Shown here: one piece after another, positions 23,153 to 31,403 of the stretch
How positions within the stretch are numbered: the first letter of the stretch is position 1
Layout: each line of letters begins with the position of its first letter
Origin: an uncultured Candidatus Saccharibacteria bacterium
GTDB taxonomy: Bacteria; Patescibacteriota; Saccharimonadia; Saccharimonadales; EFPC-124
NCBI GenBank assembly: GCA_964436805.1
Contig: CAYTEG010000002.1
Location: 1,916-41,012 of the forward strand
Reading direction: 5' to 3'
Length of the DNA stretch: 39,097 nucleotides
Translations under genes and position numbers: made by a program
The notes under the pieces: model-generated
What the model was told of the DNA's origin: nothing
The model's database searches: none
The model's input: only the letters and a program-made list of their open reading frames with translations

Positions 23153-23161
23153 TCTGCAAAT

Positions 23162-23198
23162 AAAACACCCCGCTGACCACACAACAGCGGGGTGTTTT
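23162..23198. terminator. Bidirectional rho-independent terminator (perfect 14-bp stem); member of a repeated terminator module
   Basis: aaaacaccccgctg (23162-23175) / cagcggggtgtttt (23185-23198), loop accacacaa. Confidence 0.8.
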
Positions 23199-23214
23199 GT
23201 GATGAGCGGGGTCG

Positions 23215-23634
23215 TTACTCGCCGGGCTTGCCGGGGTCGGGAATGGCCAGCGCAGCCAGATCGGCGACGTTTTGTGTGGTGGCGCCGCTTGGCAGGCCAG
23301 CTTCGAGCAGCGCGTCGACCAGGGCTTGGGTGAGCCCGGTGGCGATGATGTGCGCGTACACATTGCTGTTGGCGGCCAGTTCTGCCGCCAAGTCGCGGGC
23401 GCGCAGCGCGTCGGGTATCGCCACTGTTTCGCGTGCCGAGGCCGGTGTGCTGGCGTCCAGGACGACCACATCAAGTTGATTGTCGCGCGCAATCGTTTTG
23501 CGCGCCGTAACCTGGTTGTTGACCTGCATGATCGCCGGCTGCGGCAATTGCAGCTGCCTTGCCCGCGCCCGCAACGCCCTGACCAACTCATTTTTGAAGG
23601 TGGTCGATCCGCTTACGAGCAGGATTCGTGCCAT
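23215..23634 (-). CDS. Stand-alone CheY-like receiver-fold protein lacking the N-terminal acidic pair (pseudo-receiver 1, 139 aa)
   Basis: MARILLVSGSTTFKNELVRAL...QLDVVVLDASTP follows the beta1-alpha1...beta3 pattern of REC domains. SD aaggag 5 nt upstream of the ATG at 23634. GC-rich. Confidence 0.5.
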   Translation of the reverse strand: MARILLVSGSTTFKNELVRALRARARQLQLPQPAIMQVNNQVTARKTIARDNQLDVVVLDASTPASARETVAIPDALRARDLAAELAANSNVYAHIIATGLTQALVDALLEAGLPSGATTQNVADLAALAIPDPGKPGE

Positions 23635-23689
23635 GTCACTCCTTGGGGTCGATGCGTGGCATATATTTAACCATGTTTTATTAAAATTG

Positions 23690-23726
23690 AACACCCCGCC
23701 TTGACCACCAGGCCACGCGGGGCGTT
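23690..23726 (-). terminator. Terminator hairpin, repeated module copy 2
   Basis: aacaccccgc (23690-23699) / gcggggcgtt (23717-23726). On the minus strand it is followed by ttcaattttaat. Confidence 0.65.
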
Positions 23727-23747
23727 CTGGTAGGTTGACGGGGTGGG

Positions 23748-24140
23748 TCAGGCGCACAGGGCGAGGACTTGCCGGCTGATCTTGGCCGGGCGGTGCGACC
23801 CGAAGGCGCAGCCGCGCTGAACCATGATGTGCCGCGCGTAGGCCGATCCGATGCCGAAGATGCGCGCGTTGCCGCAACGCTCCATCAGCTCGGTGATCCA
23901 CTCGGCGGCCTGCAGCTTGGCGTCGGGCTCACCGCCCTGCATGCGCGGAGTGGCCGTGTGCACGACGATGGCGTCGAACTCGTGCTGGCCGAGCTTGGCC
24001 ACGGCGGTCTCGTACGAGTCTGCCATGGCAATCATCGAGTCGGCGTCGAAGCCGGCATCGGTGGTCGGCCAGCTGGCCGTCAGCGCATCCTTGATGGCGC
24101 CGCGCAGCTCCGCGGAGGAGCTGACGATCAAGATTCTCAC
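23748..24140 (-). CDS. Stand-alone CheY-like pseudo-receiver 2 (130 aa)
   Basis: GTG start. MRILIVSSSAELRGAIKDAL...EFDAIVVHTATP has His at the phospho-acceptor-equivalent position. ARIFGIGS and SHRPAK stand in for the KP motif. GC-rich. Confidence 0.5.
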   Translation of the reverse strand: MRILIVSSSAELRGAIKDALTASWPTTDAGFDADSMIAMADSYETAVAKLGQHEFDAIVVHTATPRMQGGEPDAKLQAAEWITELMERCGNARIFGIGSAYARHIMVQRGCAFGSHRPAKISRQVLALCA

Positions 24141-24248
24141 GAAAGTGACTCCAATCTGGTGAGCGATCTTTAAAGTATAATACCATTTTTATGCATTTTT
24201 GTAAATGTAAGGGCGACCTCAGCCTGCGGGTGCTATACTAAAGCCATT

Positions 24249-25235
24249 ATGGCCACACAAACAAACACCTTCCCTGCCGAAACCGTTGGCAGCGTTATGA
24301 CCACAAAAGTGCTTACTATTTCGCAGCACCACGAACTAAAAGATGTATTTAAGGCAATTGCCGAGCAAAGTTGGGCGGATATTCAGTATGCCTATGTGGT
24401 CGACGCCGATAAAAAATTAATTGGTACGGTCGATTTGGCCAGTTTTTCGAAGGCGCAGGCCAGCCGCCGCGTGGCCGACCTCATGGTGGCGCCGGTTGTC
24501 ACGCTGCACCCCATGGCCGACCAAGAAAAAGCCGTCATGGTCGCGGTAAAAGACGACATCACCGCCGTGCCCGTGGTTGGCGATGACGGCCAGTTTTTGG
24601 GCGCGGTGGTTGCACACGAACTTATCGACGTCATGCACGCCGAACACCTTGAGGACGCGCTTTTGACCGCTGGTGTGCGGCGCGGTAAATCTGGTTTGCA
24701 AATTGCAAAATTGGCGTCGGCGCGTATTAGTTCGGTGTTTACAATACGTGCGCCGTGGCTGATTGTCGGGCTTGTGGCCGGGCTCGGCCTTGGGCTTATT
24801 TCGAGCTTTTTCGAAAAACAATTGCAAGAAACCGTGGCGCTCGCCTACTTTATACCGGTGGTCGCCTATATTGCCGATTCGGTGGGCACGCAGTCCGAGG
24901 CGATTACGGTGCGCAGTTTAGCGCTGCTAAAACTCAATCCGATTACGTATGTTTTTCGCGAATTTTTAGTCGGTACATTGCTCGGCCTGCTGGTTGGGGT
25001 GCTTGGCGGTTTTGGCGCCTTTGCCATTAGCCAATCGGCAATTATTGGCCTGATTGTCGGGCTTTCGCTATTTGTCGCCAGCGCTGTGGCGGCGGCAATT
25101 GCGTCGCTTATCCCGATGGTATTTAAGGCATTTGGCAAAGACCCGGCGCTGGGCAGCGGCCCGCTTGCGACCGCAATCCAAGATGTTATAAGCGTACTTA
25201 TTTACTTTTTGTTCGCGGTTATATTTTTGAGCTAA
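24249..25235 (+). CDS. mgtE: Magnesium transporter MgtE, short form (CBS pair + TM domain, no N-domain)
   Basis: CBS-like VMTTKVLTIS...VVDADKKLIGTV and LMVAPVVTLHP...VVGDDGQFLGAV. The TM domain has FIPVVAYIADSVGTQSE and GSGPLATAIQDVISVLIYF. Confidence 0.85.
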   Translation: MATQTNTFPAETVGSVMTTKVLTISQHHELKDVFKAIAEQSWADIQYAYVVDADKKLIGTVDLASFSKAQASRRVADLMVAPVVTLHPMADQEKAVMVAVKDDITAVPVVGDDGQFLGAVVAHELIDVMHAEHLEDALLTAGVRRGKSGLQIAKLASARISSVFTIRAPWLIVGLVAGLGLGLISSFFEKQLQETVALAYFIPVVAYIADSVGTQSEAITVRSLALLKLNPITYVFREFLVGTLLGLLVGVLGGFGAFAISQSAIIGLIVGLSLFVASAVAAAIASLIPMVFKAFGKDPALGSGPLATAIQDVISVLIYFLFAVIFLS

Positions 25236-25238
25236 ATT

Positions 25239-25275
25239 AAACACCCCGCCGACCACCAGGCCGCGCGGGGCGTTT
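25239..25275. terminator. Terminator hairpin, repeated module copy 3 (between convergent mgtE and pseudo-receiver 3)
   Basis: aaacaccccgc (25239-25249) / gcggggcgttt (25265-25275). The loop cgaccaccaggcc nearly matches copy 2. Confidence 0.65.
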
Positions 25276-25290
25276 AAGGTGGGGCGGGGT

Positions 25291-25695
25291 TCAGGTGCCG
25301 ATGACTCCACCGGGGAACCGCTGGTTGACCATGTAGGCGAGCGACTCGTCGACTTCGGCGGCCAGCCCGTTGAGGCTGCACTCGCGCAGGCCGACAGGCA
25401 GCGGGCCGTAACCGCTCGCGTTGTAGCCCATCACCACGATCTTGTCGAGACTGCTCTGCGGCGTGGCCGGCGAGCGGGCGATGCTTGCGGCGAACGCCTG
25501 CCCGGATGCGAAGTCGCCATCGACGACCAGCATCATGACGTTGCGGTTGCGCAGGTTGCGCTGCGCCGCCAGGATGTCGGGCATCTCCAGGACGACGATG
25601 TCATCGAGATCGCTGGCACCAATGGCGTCGCGGATGATTTGAGCCATCTGTTGCCGGCGCTGCGTCTTGTCGCACAGCACCAAGATGTCGTACAT
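25291..25695 (-). CDS. Stand-alone CheY-like pseudo-receiver 3 (134 aa)
   Basis: MYDILVLCDKTQRRQQMAQIIRDAI...VMMLVVDGDFASG...KIVVMGYNAS. ATG at 25695 with SD gagagagg. GC-rich. Confidence 0.45.
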   Translation of the reverse strand: MYDILVLCDKTQRRQQMAQIIRDAIGASDLDDIVVLEMPDILAAQRNLRNRNVMMLVVDGDFASGQAFAASIARSPATPQSSLDKIVVMGYNASGYGPLPVGLRECSLNGLAAEVDESLAYMVNQRFPGGVIGT

Positions 25696-25728
25696 GAGAG
25701 TCCTCTCTCGTGGGCGGATCTTAAGTGC

Positions 25729-25757
25729 ATAATATAATAAAACCATAATTTTTGCAA
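25729..25757 (-). promoter_or_regulatory. Predicted promoter of pseudo-receiver 3
   Basis: On the minus strand: TTGCAA (25757-25752), 17 nt, TATTAT (25734-25729). Confidence 0.5.
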
Positions 25758-25896
25758 GTTTATGCTAGACACAAACGTTTTAATGTGCTATTATACCGGT
25801 AACCTGTTAATGAATACCGAGTAGTTACCCTAATAGTTTCTCGCTATTCATTCCAAATAAGTAGTGAGAAACAGGTATAACGAAAGGTATTTTTTA

Positions 25897-27105
25897 ATGC
25901 AAAATTCTTTTAAGTCGCGCCGCGTTGTAAAACCGCGCCGCTTTAACGCTGGTAACCGCCAGCAACCCCGCGGCAACCGCATGGGCCAGTACATCGACCC
26001 TAGCCGCTTTGTAAACCAAGCAAAACCTGTGGCCGAAGAAGTTCCGTACGAATCAGCCCACAAATTTGTTGACTTTAACTTTTCGCCTGCTTTGCAGCGC
26101 AACATCGACGCCAAAGGCTACGAAACCCCAACGCCAATCCAAGACCAAGCCATTGAGCCCGTTTTGGCCGGCCGCGACCTAATTGGCCTGGCTAACACCG
26201 GTACCGGTAAAACGGCTGCCTTTTTGCTGCCCCTTTTGCAGCGCCTTGTTGAAGACCCAAACAGTATTCGCACGCTTATTATGGCGCCAACGCGCGAACT
26301 TGCCGTGCAGATCGACGAAGAATTCCGCCAGTTTAGCAAAGGCCTTGGCCTGTACAGCGCCTTATGCGTTGGCGGCGTCAACATTGGCCCACAAATTAAA
26401 CAGCTACAGCGCGGCCCACACATTGTTATTGGTACGCCCGGGCGCCTTAAAGACCTGGTAAACCAAAACAAACTGCGCCTTGGCGGCGTTGACGTGCTTA
26501 TTTTAGACGAAGCCGACCGCATGCTCGATATGGGTTTTGTGCGCGACATTCGCTATTTGGTAGATAAAATGCCTACCGAGCGCCAATCGCTGTGCTTTAG
26601 CGCAACAATCACGCCCGAAATTAAGCCGCTGATTAACGAAATGTTAAAAGATCCTATAACGATCTCGGTTCGTACCAGCGAAACCAGCGAACACGTCGAA
26701 CAAAACGTCGTGCACGCTCATTCTAAAGAGCACAAAGTTGAACTGCTCGAAGATTTACTTGGTAAAGAAGGTTTTGACAAAGTTATTGTGTTTGGCCAAA
26801 CCAAGCACGGTGTGCAGCGCCTGGCCGAAAAGCTGAGCAAAAGTGGCATTCCGTCAGAAGCTATTCACGGTAACAAATCGCAGGGCCAACGCCAACGCGC
26901 GCTCAACGACTTTAAGGCCAACCGCGTGCGCGTGCTGGTTGCGACCGATGTTGCTGCCCGTGGTTTGGACATTCCAAACGTCAGCCACGTGATTAACTTT
27001 GACCAACCAACTACCTACGAAGATTACGTGCACCGCATTGGCCGAACCGGCCGTGGCGGTAAGCGTGGCCACGCCCTCACCTTTGTTGACGCTCCGCGCC
27101 GCTAA
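25897..27105 (+). CDS. DEAD-box ATP-dependent RNA helicase
   Basis: Q-motif region TPTPIQDQAI, ANTGTGKTAAF, PTRELA, ILDEADRML, FSAT and HRIGRTGRGG. ATG at 25897 preferred over the GTG at 25864. Confidence 0.9.
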   Translation: MQNSFKSRRVVKPRRFNAGNRQQPRGNRMGQYIDPSRFVNQAKPVAEEVPYESAHKFVDFNFSPALQRNIDAKGYETPTPIQDQAIEPVLAGRDLIGLANTGTGKTAAFLLPLLQRLVEDPNSIRTLIMAPTRELAVQIDEEFRQFSKGLGLYSALCVGGVNIGPQIKQLQRGPHIVIGTPGRLKDLVNQNKLRLGGVDVLILDEADRMLDMGFVRDIRYLVDKMPTERQSLCFSATITPEIKPLINEMLKDPITISVRTSETSEHVEQNVVHAHSKEHKVELLEDLLGKEGFDKVIVFGQTKHGVQRLAEKLSKSGIPSEAIHGNKSQGQRQRALNDFKANRVRVLVATDVAARGLDIPNVSHVINFDQPTTYEDYVHRIGRTGRGGKRGHALTFVDAPRR

Positions 27106-27743
27106 GGTAAACGACCGGTAAATTCGTCCCAGATTAGTTTTTCGCGGGTAACGCCCGCAGCCAAAAGGCCAGCAGCAAGACTGCTGGCCATTTTGGTTGA
27201 GCCGGCAAGGTATACAAAATCTTTGGCGTGCGGCAAAATATCGTCGGTTGTTATGCGCTGGTTAACATACTGTACGCTTAGCCCGTTTTTTTGCCACGCG
27301 TCGAGTTGCGCTTTAAATGCAAAGTGCTCGTCGTGGCTGCTATATAAAAGAGTGGCGTTTAGCGGCAGGTTTTGCGCGGCGCGCTCGGCAAACAGCGCGT
27401 AAAATGGCGTAATGCCAATGCCGCCGGCCACAAATACGTGCGGCGTAGGGCCTTCGCGCCAGGCAAAATCGCCTTCGATGCCGTATATGGCCGCTTTGTC
27501 GCCAGGGGTAAGCGCGTCGAGGCTGTTTTTGTAATCACTGCCGCTGAGGCGGGTTGTAACAGTTATAACTCCCCTGCTTGGCGGCGCCGCAATCGTAAAA
27601 CGCTTTTCGATTGGCCCATATGGCCCGGCGATTTCGAACCGCGCAGACTGCCCGGCCTGCCACAAAACTGGCTCGCCCGGCGTAAAATCGAACGACCAAA
27701 TATCGCCTGCCTCGCGGCGTTTACCTGCAAAAATAGCTAGCAT
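27102..27743 (-). CDS. FNR-like FAD/NAD(P)-binding oxidoreductase
   Basis: RFTIAAPP (RxYS-type FAD motif) and VFVAGGIGITPF (NAD-binding GGxGxxP). ATG at 27743 lies 6 nt downstream of TATAAT (27755-27750) with no SD, suggesting a leaderless transcript. 3' end overlaps the helicase stop by 4 nt. Confidence 0.75.
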   Translation of the reverse strand: MLAIFAGKRREAGDIWSFDFTPGEPVLWQAGQSARFEIAGPYGPIEKRFTIAAPPSRGVITVTTRLSGSDYKNSLDALTPGDKAAIYGIEGDFAWREGPTPHVFVAGGIGITPFYALFAERAAQNLPLNATLLYSSHDEHFAFKAQLDAWQKNGLSVQYVNQRITTDDILPHAKDFVYLAGSTKMASSLAAGLLAAGVTREKLIWDEFTGRLP

Positions 27744-27829
27744 GCACCTATTATAATCCACAAAAATCTTGCATGTTGAGGGTAAAGCCCTTATGCTAAC
27801 AACAAGTAACCCTTAAGTGTGATAAAAAT

Positions 27830-29644
27830 ATGGCAAAAAAAGAACTCAAAGAACACGAAAAAGAAGAAGTAAAGCCAGAGGTGGTGGCGCACGATCCGCT
27901 ACTCGACGCGCCGGATGAACCAGAAGAATCAACGTCAGTAGAACCGCCCGCCCCAAAGCCGAAGCCAGAGACCAAACCCGCCAAAAGCCACTGGTTTAAG
28001 CGGTTTATAAGCACTAAAAAAGGCAAAATAATTGTAGCGGTTGCGGCCGTGGCATTGGTTATTGGGCTTGTTTTTGCTATTCCTGTTTCTCGTTACGCTG
28101 TGGCTGGCCTGGTTGTTAAAAAAGACTTAAACGTCGAAATCGTCGATAGCGAAACCGGCAAGCCGGTAAGCGCCGCACAGGTAATGGTGAACGGCCAAAG
28201 CGCCAAAACAGACGCCAAAGGCAAGGCGACGGTACATAATGTGCCGGTGGGGCCGTGGGAAGTCGCGGCTAAAAAATCGTATTTTAAAGACGCAAAAGGC
28301 ACGACGCTCGTACCGATTTTAAGCAACCAAACGCCAGTTGTCATAAAAATGGTTGCCACCGGCCGCCAGGTACCAGTGGTGGTGACCAATAAAATATCGG
28401 GCGCTGCTTTAGCGGGCGTCGAAATCACCGCAGGCGACTCAATTGCCACAACCACCGACGAAGGCCAGGCAACGGTTATTTTGCCAGCCGACAAGCCAAC
28501 CGTGAGTGCCACGTTTAAACTCGACAAATACAACACAACTACCGCAGACATTACCGTGACCGAGCAGCCTGACGCAAAAAACAACTTTACGCTTACTCCG
28601 GCTGGCAAAGTGTACTTTTTAAGTAAGCGAACCGGCAAAATAAATGTCATGAAGTCCGACCTCGACGGCGCCAATGCCACGGTTGCTGTTGCCGGCACCG
28701 GCAAAGAAGAAGAAACTCAAACGGTGCTGCTCGCCTCGCGCGACTGGTCGCACCTTATGCTGCAGGCCAAGCGCGATGATGGTGGCGCCAAATTGTACCT
28801 TATTAACACCGCCGACGACAAACTGTCGCTTATCGACGAAGGCAGTAACATTTACTTTACGCCAGTTGGCTGGTCTAACGAGTATTTTGTGTACCAGGTG
28901 ACGCGCAATAACGTGCACAGCTGGGAATCAAAACGCATATCACTCAAAAGCTTTAACGCCAACACCGGTAAAATTACGACTATCGACGACACCGAGGGTG
29001 CGGGCTCGGGCGATTATGCGTGGGCCAACGAAAACTACACGTCTATTTACATTATTGGCGACCGCGTGGTGTACGGTAAATACTGGAACAACTATTTTGC
29101 CGCGCCTGGCTTGATTGCCGACAAGAAAAACACAATTTACAGCGTTAAGTCGTCTGCAGAAGACAAAAAGTCGCTAAAAGAAGTTGCGGCGGCCACCAAC
29201 GGTTATCTCGAGGCGGTGCTGTACCGGCCAGACGAGATTTACTTTAGGCTCGGCGGCTCACCCGTTACCTTTTACGAATACGCCGACGGCAAAGTAGAAC
29301 CCACGACCGATGTAAACGACACTAATTATTACAACCAAACATACGCCACCTACCTTGTTTCGCCGAGCGGCAAATACACTTTTTGGTTCGAACAGCGCGA
29401 CGGCAAAAACATCGCCTTTATCGGCGACGCCCACGGCGCCAATGGCAAAGAGGTCTTAAGTGACAACGACTTTAAACCTTACGGCTGGCTTACCGACGAC
29501 TACCTGTTATTCTCTAAAAAAGGCAGCGAATTGTTTGTCTTACCGCGCGATAACGCCAAAAAAGTAACGCCGCTTAAAATAACCGATTACCACAAACCGG
29601 CAGTCAGCTTCCCTGGCTACGGCTATGGCTATGGCGGCAACTAG
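27830..29644 (+). CDS. Single-TM-anchored surface protein with Ig-like (carboxypeptidase-regulatory-like) repeats and a beta-propeller-like C-terminal region
   Basis: Charged N-terminus, then TM IIVAVAAVALVIGLVFAI. Repeats VEIVDSETGKPVSAAQVMVNG...TDAKGKATV and VTNKISGAALAGVEITAG...TDEGQATV. TolB-like stretches (LSPSGKYTFWFEQRDGK). Predicted promoter TTGCAT (27769-27774), 17 nt, TATGCT (27792-27797). Confidence 0.65.
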   Translation: MAKKELKEHEKEEVKPEVVAHDPLLDAPDEPEESTSVEPPAPKPKPETKPAKSHWFKRFISTKKGKIIVAVAAVALVIGLVFAIPVSRYAVAGLVVKKDLNVEIVDSETGKPVSAAQVMVNGQSAKTDAKGKATVHNVPVGPWEVAAKKSYFKDAKGTTLVPILSNQTPVVIKMVATGRQVPVVVTNKISGAALAGVEITAGDSIATTTDEGQATVILPADKPTVSATFKLDKYNTTTADITVTEQPDAKNNFTLTPAGKVYFLSKRTGKINVMKSDLDGANATVAVAGTGKEEETQTVLLASRDWSHLMLQAKRDDGGAKLYLINTADDKLSLIDEGSNIYFTPVGWSNEYFVYQVTRNNVHSWESKRISLKSFNANTGKITTIDDTEGAGSGDYAWANENYTSIYIIGDRVVYGKYWNNYFAAPGLIADKKNTIYSVKSSAEDKKSLKEVAAATNGYLEAVLYRPDEIYFRLGGSPVTFYEYADGKVEPTTDVNDTNYYNQTYATYLVSPSGKYTFWFEQRDGKNIAFIGDAHGANGKEVLSDNDFKPYGWLTDDYLLFSKKGSELFVLPRDNAKKVTPLKITDYHKPAVSFPGYGYGYGGN

Positions 29645-29690
29645 GTAACCTCTCAGGTACGTTTCAGCCAATCTGTTTTACAATACAAGT

Positions 29691-30362
29691 ATGCGAATAC
29701 TTGTAGTAGAGGACGAACACAAAATTGCCCAAGCCCTTAAGCGTGGGCTAGAGCAAGAGCATTACGCGGTTGATGTTGCGTTTAATGGCGACGACGGCCT
29801 GGCCTCGGCGCGTGCCGAAACCTACGACCTTATTGTGCTTGACCGCATGTTGCCTGGCAAAGATGGCATTGCCATTTGCCGCGAGCTCCGTAAAGACGGC
29901 AACCATGCCCCGATTTTAATGCTCACCGCTAAAGACCAAGTGCGTGACCGCGTCGAAGGCCTTGACGCCGGCGCCGATGACTACGTAGTAAAACCGTTTT
30001 CGTTCGAAGAACTATTGGCACGCGTCCGCGCCCTGTTGCGGCGCCCGCACGAGGCGGCCGACACGGTATTAACCGTCGCCGACCTCACGCTCGACCCGGC
30101 CAGCTTTAGCGTTAGCCGCGCCAGTACGCCAATTTTGCTTTCGGGCAAAGAGTTTGCGCTGCTCGAATACCTTATGCGCAGCGCCGGCCGCGTGCTCTCT
30201 AAAGACATGATCATGAGCCACGTGTGGGATTTTGACGCCGACATCTTGCCTAACACCGTCGAAGTCTACATTGGCTACCTGCGCAACAAAATCGACAAAC
30301 CCTTCCCTGCCCCAAACCTTATCCATACCCGCCGCGGCTTTGGGTATACACTAAAGGCATAA
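29691..30362 (+). CDS. OmpR-family response regulator
   Basis: MRILVVEDE, DLIVLDRMLPGKDG, LMLTAKD and KPF, then a winged-helix output domain (LSGKEFALLEYLM...VEVYIGYLRNKID). Confidence 0.9.
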   Translation: MRILVVEDEHKIAQALKRGLEQEHYAVDVAFNGDDGLASARAETYDLIVLDRMLPGKDGIAICRELRKDGNHAPILMLTAKDQVRDRVEGLDAGADDYVVKPFSFEELLARVRALLRRPHEAADTVLTVADLTLDPASFSVSRASTPILLSGKEFALLEYLMRSAGRVLSKDMIMSHVWDFDADILPNTVEVYIGYLRNKIDKPFPAPNLIHTRRGFGYTLKA

Positions 30363-31339
30363 TGTTTACCAAAGCGTCGTTGCGTTTGAGTGCCTGGTAC
30401 GTCGCTATTTTAATGGCGCTGAGCGTTACTTTTAGTGTGTGGGTGTACACCGAAGCCATGAACGAAGTACGTTCTGGCCTTAACGCCCAGCTGCTGCGGC
30501 CGTTCGCCAATTTGTTGCCCAGGCAAGAAGTAGTTAATTATTTAGACCAACAGTACGACGCCAGCCGGGTGCGTGTTGCGGGCAGTTTGGTGCTGCTTAA
30601 TATTGGCGTGTTGCTCACCGGCAGTGTGGTCAGTTATTTTTTGGCGCGGCGGACACTACAGCCAATCGAAGACGTGCTTGAGGCGCAAAACCGTTTTACG
30701 GCCGACGCTTCGCACGAACTCCGCACACCGCTCACGGCCATGAAAACCGAAATAGAAGTTGCCTTGCGCGACAAAAGCCTTTCGGCAACCGAAGCGCGCG
30801 CATTGTTGGCCAGTAATAGCGAAGAAATAGACCGCCTAAGTAACCTCGCCGACGGCCTGCTTGTTTTGGCGCGTACGAGCGAAAAGCCGGCGCTCGAACG
30901 CGTCGAGCTCGACGATTTGGCTGCAAAAGTAGTCAAAAGGCTCAGGCCGCTGGCACAAAAAGCAAATATGACAGTACAGCTCGATGCCGTACCGCTCGCC
31001 GCCCAGGCCGAGCCTTCGCATGTTGAACGTATTATTTGCATTTTGGTCGAAAACGCCATAAAATACGGCGAACCAAAGAGCACTGTTATATTGGCACTCG
31101 CCAGCCAGGACGGCCAGGCTTGTGTGAGCGTACACAACATCGGCGAACCGATTGCCGCGGCCGATCTCCCCCATATTTTTGAACGTTTTTACCGCGCCGA
31201 CGCCTCGCGCGGCAAAACAAGTGGCCATGGTTTAGGGCTGGCAATCGCCCAAAAACTGGCAGTTAGTATAGGTGGCACTTTGGCGGCAAAGAGCGACAAA
31301 ACAGGTACAACCTTTACGCTCAGGCTCAGTCGGGTTTAA
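30362..31339 (+). CDS. Sensor histidine kinase (cognate to 29691..30362)
   Basis: Two TM helices. H-box ASHELRTPLTAM, N-box ENAIKYG, G-boxes HNIGEPI and GHGLGLAIA. 1-nt overlap with the regulator gene. Confidence 0.9.
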   Translation: MFTKASLRLSAWYVAILMALSVTFSVWVYTEAMNEVRSGLNAQLLRPFANLLPRQEVVNYLDQQYDASRVRVAGSLVLLNIGVLLTGSVVSYFLARRTLQPIEDVLEAQNRFTADASHELRTPLTAMKTEIEVALRDKSLSATEARALLASNSEEIDRLSNLADGLLVLARTSEKPALERVELDDLAAKVVKRLRPLAQKANMTVQLDAVPLAAQAEPSHVERIICILVENAIKYGEPKSTVILALASQDGQACVSVHNIGEPIAAADLPHIFERFYRADASRGKTSGHGLGLAIAQKLAVSIGGTLAAKSDKTGTTFTLRLSRV

Positions 31340-31365
31340 GGCGGGTAGGAATAATAGATGGGTCT

Positions 31366-31396
31366 CCCGGGGCGACGCGCATGACGTCACCCCGGG
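31366..31396. terminator. GC-rich hairpin between convergent HK gene and GC-rich cassette
   Basis: cccggggcgacg / cgtcaccccggg arms (one mismatch), 7-nt loop. Confidence 0.45.
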
Positions 31397-31403
31397 TGCT
31401 GGG

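Noticed and set aside
23162-25275. Idea that the GC-rich cassettes with 3' imperfect inverted repeats are integron cassettes with attC sites
   Set aside because: There is no IntI-type integrase, no attI, and no tandem array. The cassettes are dispersed, each has its own promoter, and the hairpins followed by T-runs behave like ordinary intrinsic terminators. I kept only the weaker observation of a shared 3' module.
23635-25746. Track start codons extending the pseudo-receiver ORFs (23215..23901 and 25291..25746), and 16563..17204
   Set aside because: The extensions cross promoter or terminator sequences and encode Arg/His/Pro-rich junk. The internal ATGs at 23634 and 25695 have SD sequences. 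The ATG at 17120 sits at a leaderless-type -10 box. All three begin exactly at the predicted beta1 strand or domain start.
28093-31140. Antisense ORFs 28093..28704(-) 203 aa and 30634..31140(-) 168 aa, and likewise 8544..9140(+) 198 aa in the first HK gene
   Set aside because: They are embedded opposite well-supported genes (surface protein and histidine kinases with full motif sets). The translations are Ser/Ala/Leu/Thr low-complexity.
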